Source: Oikopleura dioica (Eukaryota > Animalia > Chordata). From it: a stretch of 64,000 nucleotides of DNA. Shown in pieces: positions 1 through 14,594 of the stretch (positions are counted from its first letter, which is position 1; every line of letters starts with the position of its first letter). The stretch covers positions 4,712,001 through 4,776,000 of the forward strand of contig OU015568.1 of the NCBI GenBank assembly GCA_907165135.1, read 5' to 3'. The position numbers were made by a program, and so were the translations under genes. Under the pieces are notes generated by a model that did no database searches, was not told the DNA's origin, and was given only the letters and a program-made list of their open reading frames with translations.

Positions 1-1
1 G

Positions 2-91
2 CCAAATATCAAGGTCGAACAAACAGAACTGTTACAGATACGGTCGGAAGAAAGCACAGCCGCAGGTCACTCTGGCGAATTCCATGGAAAG
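2..91 (+). CDS. Possible internal exon of a gene entering from the left edge (PNIKVEQTELLQIRSEESTAAGHSGEFHGK)
   Basis: Open frame from base 2 ending at a G|GTAAAT donor at 91/92. No homology recognised. Confidence 0.3.
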
Positions 92-173
92 GTAAATAAT
101 GTTCTGAGAAAACATTTTCGAAATAATTTTCAACTTGTGAAATTTCCAATTTATCAAAATTTTGATTAAATGG

Positions 174-423
174 GGTGTATCCCCTTAATTTTGAGCCGAA
201 TTTTCAGAACCTCATTTATAAATTTTCTTCGGTAGAGCATAATTCTGATTTCTCAGTATCGAAAATAATAAATTTATAAATTATAAATTATCTAATAGAT
301 CAATTTAAATGATATATTTGATAAATAACCAATTAAAGTATAATTGAAAATTGCTTTAACGAAGAAAGTTAATTGATGATGATTGAGATGCTTGAATTCG
401 GCTCAAAATTAAGGGGATACACC
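174..423. mobile_element. MITE-like element with 29-bp perfect terminal inverted repeats
   Basis: GGTGTATCCCCTTAATTTTGAGCCGAATT at 174-202 and its exact reverse complement at 395-423. AT-rich non-coding interior. The end resembles the GACACCCTTAATTT family (family B). Confidence 0.75.
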
Positions 424-1623
424 TCACTATATCAAAATTAATGTTTTTTATCATATTGATAATAATTTCTAATAAATTTATTCTCAAATTTTTCTCAAAA
501 ATTATAATCCAAAACAAAAAAATTCTAAAAAATTTTCCCTATATTTAATACATCGTTTAGTACATCGTATTTCAAAAGTTCTAAAGTTCGCCTCGACTCC
601 TCGATAAGTGATAAGCCCAACTCTTATCATTTCGCTCGACTTTCGAAAATCCCGTTTTTTCCTTCAATAACCCTTGTCCGAAGCTGCTCCACCAAGAATA
701 GACCGCGCTTTATTTTTGGCGTTAAACACCACCGAGCTCGTTTTGTCAATTGTTGATTAGGCGGCACCACACCGCGCAGCGCGGCGCGGGCTGGTGCGTC
801 AATCACGTGGGAAAAGTATTTCGCAATTTTCTCCCTCTCTTTTCGCGAAGGAAAAAGAGATCATCGTTGAAAAGAGCGAGAGAGAGAGAGACTCGCGCGC
901 TACTACCACACCAGAAATAAAAAAAAATATAAGAAAGGAATTTACTTAAAAAAAGCTTCGTTTTTTCGCCTTTTCTGCTTTTTAACCTATTCATGCGCTT
1001 TTTAACCCACCGCAGCACGAAAAGAGAATAAAGGGAGAAAAGAAAAAGGTGATTGTTTTTGGCGAAAATGGGTGTGGTGACCCTAATTTCGAAATCGTTC
1101 TAGTTCGGTTATTGTGAAATGGAAAGTTTACAAATGATTTCGAACTCGTTGTCTTTTGTGAAATTCGCGAAATAACGAAATTTTGAAATTCGCAAGGATT
1201 TTGAAATACTACTAGACCAGAAAGTGGGGAAAGAATGTGGCATTCCGTTCCAATGTGCTTGAAAAAAACGTGACTAGGGGGAGGTCGCGGACGTAAGTTC
1301 AAACAATGTACAGTCCGATTGCGTAATTTGTCCTGTTTTCCAATTTCGGGGCTATTAAATTTCTGGCTTTCGCAATCAATCTCAAGGGAGGAAAAAAGAG
1401 ACAGTTTCCGGTTGAAAAATGGCCAAAATAATAACCATTTTGACGATCCATTTTTTCGTAATTGACCTTCTTCCTAAAGAATTAACCAAGTGACACCCTT
1501 ATCACAAAAATTCAAGCTTTCTAGTCAATCACATGCCTCTCTTCTTTACTTGTCTCTCATTGTTTCATCCTTTTTTCGTCTGTTCAGATTGCCCTAGACA
1601 TGAAAAACTCCGTCTGGCCAGGG

Positions 1624-2063
1624 CAGGGCGGTCTAATTTGCATTCTTGTAAATAATCTCGAAAATTTGCGAGATTAATCTTCTTTGGAAAAAGATTCTGG
1701 GATTAGTCAAGACTGGACTAGTTTCGAGATTAATCTTTTTAGCGAGGGTCGCGTGGCTCGGGGGAAAAATTTGGGTGGCGCTGGCGAGCTGTGAGCAGTG
1801 CGAGGCGGCGCGGACAAAATTTCAAGCTGCGCTCCAAGCATGTTTGAGTTTCATTTTTCTCTCGCGCCGTCGGCCATTGGTCCACCAATCACAGCGCGCG
1901 TTTCAAGATTATTTGAAATAATCTCGGAACTATTTCGAAAATTTCCCGAATTAATCTTTTTTATTCAAACAGACTAATCTCGCGTCGAGATTAATCTTAT
2001 AAGAATAAATGAATAGTCTTCGGAAAAAAGACTATTTACAAGAATGCAAATTAGACCGCCCTG
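1624..2063. mobile_element. Non-autonomous hAT-like element (440 bp)
   Basis: Perfect 31-bp TIR CAGGGCGGTCTAATTTGCATTCTTGTAAATA at 1624-1654 and 2033-2063. 8-bp direct repeat GGCCAGGG on both flanks (1616-1623, 2064-2071). Subterminal palindromes AGATTAATCT at 1671, 1727 and 1988. Confidence 0.85.
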
Positions 2064-2640
2064 GGCCAGGGTCTTAATTTGCCTCCGTCCCAGACGGAAA
2101 ACCTCCGGATCATGCTAAAAGGGCACAATAAACGTCAAAAGCTCGTCCAAACGCTGCCCCAACAATTTCACAATCAACCAATTTCTTCATTTACAACCTG
2201 ACCTATAAACTAACCGCCAGACCACTCGGCTGCCAACCATCAACTTGCCTAGGAAAATCCACCAGACAAGACCTTCAACTTTTCTAGTACCAATTTTCAG
2301 ACTTTCCACCCCCTTTTTTCAACCTTTTCCCCCTCCCCACCCTTCCTCCTACCCTCTCTCGTTCGAGGGGGAGGGAAAAAACCACCAGAAAGTTCAACTT
2401 TTCACCTTTTTTTAAAAAGTTCACTCTCGAATGAAAGAAAAACCGTCCAAGTCGTAATAATCGTGGTGGCGCGGTCGAGCTGAAACGCGCCCCGCTTTTC
2501 TTCCTGCTGTCTATCGCTCCTCTCCAGAACGCACTTTTCAATTAAACGACAATTTTAAAATATTAAAACTTTCATTTTCAAACTTGAAACTTCAATTCAT
2601 CGATTGATTTGGAATCAACAAGGACTCAATTCAGAAAAAC

Positions 2641-4858
2641 ATGAGCTCCAGAGAAGAAGAAGCTGAAGAACACTCTTACTTAGAACACCTAGATGATCAA
2701 CTCGATGATACTGTATCTGACAGTGAAGAAGCCCAAGCCTGCTGTACCCAAGCACCAAAGAGAGAACGAAGGGCGCATCAGATTTCGGAGAGCAAGACCG
2801 TCCGGGTCAATGAACCGAGCGTCATTTCCAGGGTCACCAACAATGTATTCGCTTTTCGAGATGATTCAAGGGAAGACCAGCGGCTCTGTAAGGTAAGATC
2901 GCTCTATTACAGTTCTCCCTTTCGTTTCTCTTAAAATTTAAGAAGTTCAGACAATGAACTCAAGCGAGAGTTCAACCCTCTTTTTTGTGTAAAGTTTACA
3001 CTGTAAACAAAACTCTTCTAAAAGGACATTTTTGATGCCTTGGAAATTCAATGAAAATAGAAATAAGGGATTCTTGGGTCATTTGGGATTTCGCATTTTC
3101 GAAATAGTTCTAAATTAGAATTTCGACATAGAAGCGAGAATTACGCAAAACGGGCGGACCGAGCCGCGGGCCATGGGAGAGGCCTTGTTTTGCAACGACC
3201 GTTCAAACTATTTCGAAATTTTTTGATTACTGTTTGTTCTTTATACAGATTTAGTGGCAAGAATCAATGATCAAATCCACCAGGGGGGTTAACAAATCAA
3301 TTAACTAAAGGCTGCTAAAATGCATAAAATTTTAACATTGATTTTTTACAAAAAAAAAAAGAATAAGACAGTAATACCCTTAACAAAAAATCAAGTGTAT
3401 CTCTTTCGTTATCTCAGATAACTTATCTGCCAATTTGAATAAGCTTTGAACCTTCTTATTATAAAATGAATTTTTATAAAGATTTTCTTTCAAAATTATC
3501 GCCGGTCTGACCCTTATTTTTCAGGTCCACTACGGCGAACTAGACGAGGACTTCCGGGAGGAGCTATCCATCATCAACCGCCTTAAACACCCCTGCTTGA
3601 CCCCGATCGAGGAGCTTCGCCATAAACCGGAAGTCGGCTCTGTAATCATCTACAAAAAGAGCTCTGGCAATCTTCGAGGTAACAATTTAATCGACACCTC
3701 CGCGGTTTGGTTTTATCAAACGCGGTTGGCTTCAAACTTGGCCTGATCAAGTTTGAAAATCGAGTTCATTTTCAAATTCAGATTTCATCGAGCAGAACGG
3801 ACCGATGAGCGAAAAAGTCGCTTCGAAAATGTTTCGCAAAATCGTGGATACAGTCGACTACTGCCATCAGAAGAATGTCGGGCTTGGGAACAACATCAGA
3901 CTATATCATATAGTTTACGATGATGGACACAGGTACGTTCAAAATATTCATAAAATGTCCTAAATATGCATTTTCCCACATAAGATATAATTTTATTTCT
4001 GAATAAAAATATGTTACGAAAAAGATATTTTCATTACAAAAGATGAATATTCAGCTTTCATAACATTTTTCAATCTTCATTCCCATAAACATTACCTAAT
4101 ATAACATCATCGAAATTATTTTGATACACAGAAATCGAAATTTGAACACAATATCTTTGAAATAGTACATCAATCGTTTCATAAATCAAATGAAATATTG
4201 TAAAAAACTCATAAAAAAGTCGGCAAAATAAGAAATGAAAGCAACAGGTATCGCTTGTTTTTTGGTTCTTATAGGTAATCCTAGTCTTTGATTGGTTAAA
4301 TTAAGTTAAACTGCCATCTGATTGGCTTAAAATCCCCATAACCCGCACTGACTCTGAGCTGCGGTACCCTATTGGCTGCTAGACTTGCCAACCTATCATT
4401 TTCTCTTTCCGAAAAGACATCAACTCGTAAAAGCTTTCAACAAACTTTTCAGCTCTCAAATCCGTTTTGACATGCTTGACTCCCCGATCGACACGAGCGA
4501 TTCTCCGGTCACCTCTCTTCGAAATTACTCGGTCTTCTACTGTGCTCCCGAGCTCATCTTCGACATCGAAAACGACTTCGACATCGTCAAAGCAGACCTC
4601 TGGTCGCTGGGAATTCTCCTCTTCAAGATGCTCACCGACAGCTACCCCTTCCACGACACAGACCTGAAAAAGCAATTCACGCGCATCTGCCACCAGCGAC
4701 TCCCTCTACCCGGCCATTTGTCGACCTCTGCGCTTTCCGTTCTCGCGAGTCTGCTACACAAGAATCCCGAGAAGAGAGCGACTCTCGAAGACCTCAAAAA
4801 CCATCCCTGGCTCAATTCGAATTCGGAAATTGATGAGCCCAAATCAGTGCTATTTTAG
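2641..4858 (+). CDS. Tribbles-like pseudokinase, 4 exons (approx. 2641-2890, 3525-3678, 3782-3932, 4450-4858)
   Basis: GT-AG exons join in frame. The C-lobe APELI...ADLWSLGILLFKMLTDSYPFHDTD...LLHKNPEKRATLEDLKNHPWL resembles TRIB proteins (YPFHD). No HRD or DFG motif. Confidence 0.65.
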
Positions 4859-4985
4859 ACTAGCACGAGCTTAAAAAAACGTTTCAACTTTTTTCTGACC
4901 TCGATTTTTTCAGCAATTTTTACCTATATTCATTCCTATTTACCTATATTATTTTATATTTATTCCAATAAAGCTATAAACCCTA

Positions 4986-5089
4986 GGCTCAGCAACCTGT
5001 GAGAAAAACCTGAGTCAGGGTCCCCTACGCGGCTTATTGAAAAGCCTTTTCGAGACCCTGACTCAGGTTTTTACACAGGATTTTGAGCC
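4986..5089. repeat. Family A fold-back element (TIR ..CCTGTG.GAAAACCTGAGTCAGGGTC)
   Basis: Imperfect TIR of about 36 bp at 4986-5022 and 5054-5089. The same TIR recurs at about 9 sites in the window. Confidence 0.8.
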
Positions 5090-5547
5090 AAGAAAAAAAA
5101 ACGAGGTAAGTTCTTGCCAAAAAAGCTTCTTTTTCCAAAAAGCTACTACTGTAAATAGACATCTTCAAACGACAAAAAAGGTCTTATCTACTGTAACTTT
5201 TACACTGAACCCTACAGTCTTTTTCCAGCTTTCAGTTCTAGTTGCCTTGTTTCTTAATTTTTTATCTTCTATTTTTTTAACAGCTTTCTGTTGAATCTGT
5301 AGCTGTATATTTTTCTTGAGCTGTTACTGTAAATATATGAATATAAAGAATACAAATATAGTTGCATCATTTCCTTTCCCACTCTTGGGAAATAGAATTG
5401 CGATTGATAATCAACGATTTACTATTTCGATCGGGTGGGAAATTGACTTGTTTTTGAGATTCGAAAATGATTGCTTCAGAAAAAGAGAGGGTTCATTTTT
5501 TATCACAAGGGTTTTTCGACTGTAACTCCTCGAATTAGACATAAATA

Positions 5548-5708
5548 CTTAAGGATACACACCTCGATAGAACCATTGTTTGATGCTATTTCTGATGATG
5601 CCAAAACCTGCGAGATTCTTAAGGGTGTCAACGAGATAGGACCGTTTTTTGATGCTCTTTCTGATGATGCCGAAACCTGCGAAAGTCTTAAGGGTGTCAA
5701 CGAGATAT
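5548..5708. repeat. Tandem repeat, about 69-70-bp unit, about 2.3 copies
   Basis: Unit CTTAAGGGTGTCAACGAGATAGGACCGTTTTTTGATGCTCTTTCTGATGATGCCGAAACCTGCGAAAGT repeated with divergence. It contains the family B TAAGGGTGTC motif. Confidence 0.75.
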
Positions 5709-6263
5709 AGCAAAGAAGGTTGCACCAATTTTTTGGCATCCAAACCATCCTTTTTTCGATTATTTTTTGGCATCATGCTGCTGCAAGTTTATTTTTTGAA
5801 AATCGAATAAGAGCAACTCAATAATTAAAGTATAAAAGATACAGATATGTAGCTAAAGACATTTGTTTGGATTTGAAACGGAGAATTGAAAGTTGAAAAT
5901 AGCGAGATTTTGAAAAAGAAAAATTATGAAGATCAGTTTTTTTGTTTGTTTTTTGTTGTTGTAAGTTGGATAGTAAGATACTTTGCTTGCTTTTCAGGTT
6001 AAGATAAATGATTAGGCATTTTGATGGATAGAAATAAATAAACACAGAAACACGCGAAAATGAATTGAAAAAGTTGAGAACAAAAAAAGGGTTGAATTCG
6101 TAATGATAGGAGTATGAATTTTTTACAGATGTAGTTTTTTTTTTGAAAATAAATAATAGTAGCTTCTTTTTTTGGCTTCGGACACAGTGCCGATTTTTTC
6201 GATTAGAAAATTTTATGAATTTTTTTATATATTTTGCGAGCGCGATGAATAGTTTAATTGATT

Positions 6264-9070
<2,807 letters not shown>

Positions 9071-9597
9071 CAAATCAGCATCTGAAACATTAAAGTTTCA
9101 AAATTGCTCTTTCCTTAAAAATGGAGAGACAGAAGTTGTTCCCCGCTAAGATGAGACCCCTTATTCTAAAAGTTATTTTTTCATATTTTAAATTTATAAA
9201 AATTCTCTGTAGTACCTTGCTCTGAAGTTAAATATACTGTAGCTTGATGCTGTTCAAAATGAAACATTCTTTTTTTTTTTATTTTTAAAATTGCACCGTT
9301 ATCTTTGGAGAAATTATTGATGAGAGGGGGAATATTCTGGAGCTGTTACGTCATGACGTAAGAGAAGGAGGAGGATCGAAGAAAATGTAAATGAGCCCGA
9401 CTGTAAATTGGTTACTGGGTACTGTAATTAGACAACTGAAGAAGAACGAATTGGTAGATTTTGAACTTTGAATGGCACTCCTCGTTGATTTCAGTTTTTC
9501 AATTTTATTGAATGAATACAGATCTTGATCGAAGAAATAATGGCTTGGGTTGAGTACTTTTATACAGAAATAATAAATGAATGGGAAAGATACAGGT

Positions 9598-10631
9598 TCA
9601 GCCAATTTCTTCAAGTCGGCGAAGAACCAGATCAGCTGGAGGGCGATATTTTGGATCCTGATCGAGCATTTGCTCTACCAGCGCTTTCAACTAAAAGCAA
9701 TCAATAGAGAGACGATTGGGCTTTCGACTTACCGGTCCAGAAACATCGTCTAGTCTCCTTGTGTCAAAGTTAGCGCTTTGAACGGCCAAATGAACAGAAT
9801 CACCTTTCAACCAAACGGAATCAAAAGGACCTTCGAGATAAACCAGCGAGTACAAAATGCATCCCACCGACCAAATATCTGTAGCAGTAGTGATACTCTC
9901 ACCCACCGGGACAGCCAAGAGTTCTGGTGCTCGATAAGGGAGTGTGCACCTTAATCGCAATTAACAACGCGCCGCCCCTAAGGTTCAAACCTTTCAGAAG
10001 CAAGATCTTCGAGAGTTTGCGCCTCCTTCTTTGTCGAAATCTTGACAGTGGCCTCTGCTAGACTTCCAAGGTCGCATATGACTGGAATATTTCCCTCTCC
10101 CAGGAGGATATTCGCCGGTTTGAGGTCCCGATGAACCATCCCTGCTTCGTGGATTGCATTGACTCCTTCGACGATGCCTCTGAAGAGTCGTACGATTTCG
10201 TTGAACTTGAGCGTTTTTCCCTCTCCCTTGAGTTTTTGGTAATGATCCCAAAGCGTTCCTTTGTCGAAATATTCTAGTACCAGCCAAACTTCGGAATACG
10301 GTGATTTCTTGACCACCTCAAATGACCGGCATTTGATGATGTTTTTTGAAGATAAACTCTTAAATTCCCCATTTTACTTTCTCCTTAATGTTTTTTTTCG
10401 ACAAACCTGAGTAGCTTTAGCTTCATCAAGTGCTTCCTTCTCCGACTTTGAGTCGTGGCAGATTATTCTTTTCAAGGCATAGAACTTTCCATCCTTGATG
10501 TTTTCAATTTCGTCGACATAGCTGAACGCTCCCTCCCCAAGTTGACGATGCTTGATGTATTTTTCCCCAGCGATTACAGTGACACCCACTCCGCACAAGG
10601 TTGAGCCGATTCGAGACAGTGCCTTACCCAT
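9598..10631 (-). CDS. STK16: Serine/threonine kinase 16 (NAK family), 4 exons
   Basis: MGKAL (myristoylation Gly2), [69 protein letters not shown]. Confidence 0.92.
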
Positions 10632-10954
10632 ATCAACATCTGAAATTGCAATGACAGAATTTGAAATATTTATTTTGAATATCCATCAAATTGAGAAATT
10701 AGTCCGTGATTCAGGAAACGCTTCATTGTATACCGGAACCTATTCGATCTAAACAAAAACAGAATGCTGGAATTCGAATCATTTTAAAAATAATATATTA
10801 ATATAAAACTTATTATTTAAAGATTCAGTCCTTTTAAAAACATGGGGAAACTTCTTCTGAGACTTTGCGATTAATGTGCTTCATTTTATTATTTTGGCAA
10901 ACATCAATTTTTTGTAAGAGTATTTTATTTATTTTCATTCAATTTTACAATTCA

Positions 10955-11512
10955 TTATAACGTCAAAATATTATAGAAAATGACGGCAGCCTGTGTTAAT
11001 CCAATTGCTACATTGGCAGGATTCGGCCAAACTTGCCACCATCTCATCCAGTCAAGCACCAACACTGGCGCGCTCAGGAGATGGGCAAACACAACTACGG
11101 TGAGTCCTAATTTACGATTGCTAGAATTCGAAACTGTTGCGGCAAATAATGACCAAATAAGAACGTCGATGGGGGACTGGGGGAAGAGTTTTTGGCCGAA
11201 AGAAACGGAGAGACAGTAGAAAAGGATCATGTCTTGGAGCATCGTTGAAAGGCGAGGAGAAGTGAAGATAAATGCGAGGAGAATGTATAAAATAGGACAG
11301 TAGGTTGTCAAAAGATTTGACTGAGAAGAAAAGATGGTGGAAAAGAATGGCAGAAGAAGAGTCAAAAGTTCCAGAATTGTTTTAATAGAGAATTCACGCC
11401 GTTCCGATCGAAGAAGCAGCTTGAAATCAACGAGGAATGATTTGAATTCGTGGAAGTCTTCCATTTCCGAGTTTTTCTGAACACCATAATTACCGACTTT
11501 GTTTGTAGACAT
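10955..11512 (-). CDS. PIGF: GPI ethanolamine phosphate transferase accessory subunit PIG-F (Gpi11), apparently intronless
   Basis: Hydrophobic multi-TM ORF with the C-terminal signature APVLVLDWMRWWQVWP (compare PIG-F LDWERPWQVWP). Confidence 0.75.
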   Translation of the reverse strand: MSTNKVGNYGVQKNSEMEDFHEFKSFLVDFKLLLRSERREFSIKTILELLTLLLPFFSTIFSSQSNLLTTYCPILYILLAFIFTSPRLSTMLQDMILFYCLSVSFGQKLFPQSPIDVLIWSLFAATVSNSSNRKLGLTVVVFAHLLSAPVLVLDWMRWWQVWPNPANVAIGLTQAAVIFYNILTL

Positions 11513-12149
11513 GGTGGGTTATCAAGCATTTTTGAAGTTAACTTTTCAAAATCATAAGGTCGAAGATGTCACACAACTTAGGACACCTCTTGAATTTCAC
11601 AAAGAGTGGAATCATGAAGTCACAAAGTTATCCCTGTCTGAGCCCTACTACTCTTTCAAGGAGGCGTATCATACACTCACACGAGTGTAAGTTCTAGTTA
11701 AAAGCTGTTGAAAGTCTATCATATTGAAAAATTGATTCTGTTGAAAACTTACATTTTCAATCGAGAAAGTAAGGTATTTCCCAACTTATTCCCGACTGAC
11801 TGATTCCAACATCGAACTTATCTGAACGTTTCTTTTGATCGAGGAGCCATTTCTTCAGAAATAGATAGTTTATTATGAGCAAAACAGTTGGTTGAAGACA
11901 TATATAATTGATAAATTTTCGGTGCAAGCTTCGAAGAACAAAAAATAGTATGTAAAATTGTATAAAAAAGCTGGGGCTTTCATCATTGAATATTGATTTG
12001 TTAGTAATAGGTTCTTTGTTGTTTGAAATTTTGAGGAATCACGATTCGATGATACATGTTACAAAAAATTTTATGTATTGATAAGTTGATCATAGGTAGA
12101 CATTACTGTGACAGTAAAATTCAGTCAGGAATGAACAAAAATTAATTCT

Positions 12150-14438
12150 CTAAACATTTTCTTCTCCGATTTCTTGGGCAAAAGGTTTGAACTCCGGTTC
12201 CAGGACCAGTTTCTTCCTCCAGTCGACCACCAGCGCTTTCTTGCCGCAAAAATCCAACTCGAAGAAATCGAGAAAATTTTGGAACACGCCGCGGTTGAAT
12301 GAGTTGTGGACGATGCCGCCGTTTCTGACTGTTAAATAGCTGTAACGATGGGCACGGATGCGCTCGTTGGTCGTGACGCCTTGGACGAGGACGAAGTTGA
12401 GCTGCGTCACGAGAAGGAGGGAAACCCAGATGAGATGAAGGCAGGTGTGGAAGAATTGCCAAGTGACGTAGCCAGAGCAGGCGAAGGCGCGGAGGATAGA
12501 ACCGCGCTGCGAAAAGCTAGAAAGGATTGAATAATGGGCATTTTCAAAGCCTTTGGTCGATATTGCCGTCTACTCTTACTGTACTTACTCGACGTTACAG
12601 CCCTGTTCTGAACCCCAGTACAGTGTAATTGCATAGAAGTGCCAAGATAAGTTCACGATCAGCAAGGATAGGTACATTATAAAATACTAAAAAACTGTCA
12701 GATCGAGTAACAGAGGAAAATTGTTACTTTGTGATTGCCAAAGCCGACAGCATTGTTGACCCACGGACAGTAGTGATCGAATCTTGCGATGAGTTTTTTC
12801 GAGGTGCCGCAGTACTTTGAGCGAAGAGGACGCTAGATAATGATAAAAAGAAAAGAAGGGAGTTTTTTCTTACTTTGATAAGAGATGAAGTGCAGAGGGT
12901 GGAAGAGTCGAGTTTTTCGGCTTCGGCCAGTTCAATAATTGAGCTGTATTGGACGTTTCTGTCGGTTGGAATGTAGCCTGGATCGGCGGTGACAGTCTTG
13001 AAGGGGTTAACAGCTCTGATAGGGCGGGGCGTACTTACTTTGTAGAAAACATAGTGCAGCAGAGGTGTACAAATAAGCGTGCCGAGCCATCCAACATTAA
13101 TGACGGGCCAGAGAATCAGGAGTCCGACCCCGGTGATGTACGTTTTTGTTGCTTCGGACCAACAGATTGGCATTTTTAGACTCACTTCGCTAGAAGGAAC
13201 GGCCTACGAACTTGTTAGACAAGGAAACGAGGAGGATAGGACTTACGATTTTGATTACAAGAAAGACGAATATATACAGACAGATAATGGCAGCGAACTT
13301 TGATGCCCATGGACCAAGGTAGATGTTGTTTGTGTGGAAAACGAAGCCAGCTAGAGAGAAAATAGCAAAGGAAAAGATGGTATAAACTCACCAGCAACTA
13401 GAAAGAAGAGCGAGACAGCGTACAAAAGGCCGGTTCTTCTGGCCTTCGAGCTGAAAATCCTCCTTACACCTCTTGTTCTTGTTATTCCACGATTTTCCAG
13501 CTCAGTTTCAATCTGCTCGGCCATCCATTCTTTTTTGCCCGAGGCGAGTGAAATCGGCGAATTGCCCTTGCCATTGTGTTGTTGTAGGTCTTTCGTGATT
13601 TCGAGCAGTAATTCGAATGAATCAGGGCTGAAAATTAGGATTTCTTCAGTGATTACTGAAGATAAGTTACCTTGGTGTCTCGATGGCAAAATGAATTGGC
13701 AAGTTTCTGAATTTCCTATCAACCAAATTTGGATCGGCGCCGAGTCCAAGCAGCACTCGGACTGTATCAGGTCCCCTGCTGCGCAGAACAGCCCACATAA
13801 GAGGAGTTAACCCATTTGTATCGTACGTATCCACATCGACCCCCTTCGCGACTGAAAACCCATTTAGTCTCTTAGCCCATTTAGGTATATTTACCAAGAT
13901 AAGCGACGATCGGCCAGAATGAGTACTGAGCAGCGACGTGAATAGCGGCCGATCCTTCTCCATCGCGAATTGACGGGTCAGCCCCGTGGCGCATCAGACA
14001 AGCGATCATGCTACAGCGGATGAAATCTGACAACATAATTTTTTCTACCTTTGATGGCCTTGTCGGACAGCCCATTGAAGAGGAGTGGCGTTCAAGTCGC
14101 CTCCGATTGCATCGACAATGGCTCCTAAGGTCGATGAAGATGGTTTGAAATCAAGGAAGAGTACCTTTTGAAATGTAGTAATCAACGACATCGTGTCTGT
14201 TGTTAATCGCAGCCCAGTGAAGTAAAGTGATATTATCCTTGTCTGGCTTACGTACGTCTATTCCTTCTTCCTCCACGATATCCTAAAAGAAGGGATGAAA
14301 AGGAAAAGATGGGGGTTAATCCTCCACCTTGCATCTGGTAAGGATCCCATATTGTGTGGCTTTGACAATATCCCAGTGATTTGGGTCATTTGGGTCGACA
14401 GCTACTGGTGCTGTGTCTACGATTTCTTGATTGTTCAT
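12150..14438 (-). CDS. ZDHHC17: Ankyrin-repeat palmitoyltransferase HIP14/ZDHHC17-like, multi-exon
   Basis: [19 protein letters not shown] ankyrin repeats, [14 protein letters not shown] catalytic motif, TTNERI and FNRG..NFLDFFE..VDW C-terminal motifs. Confidence 0.9.
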
Positions 14439-14594
14439 CTTTATTTCATTCTAAAATAAGGGCTGAAGCTGGTTGAGCCAAGGGAAAATAACTGGTAGCA
14501 GTTTGTACTGATGTACAGAGCAGTGGTAAAACGCGCAGATAATCTGTAACTGGAACGATAATACAGATGGACATGTCAATGGACAAAAAATTGT

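Noticed and set aside
803-2541. Short ORFs in the first 2.5 kb
   Set aside because: Low-complexity, biased translations with no motif or splice support. The region looks like promoter and repeat DNA.
3277-3288. CCACCAGGGGGG resembling a CTCF core
   Set aside because: A single partial match with no supporting context; expected by chance.
5140-5335. Clusters of ACTGTA/TACAG words, also near 9200, 42550 and 63060
   Set aside because: No consistent period or boundaries could be established by eye, unlike the ACATCT arrays.
11499-11900. Possible extra small gene between ZDHHC17 and PIGF
   Set aside because: No splice path on either strand gave a coherent ORF.
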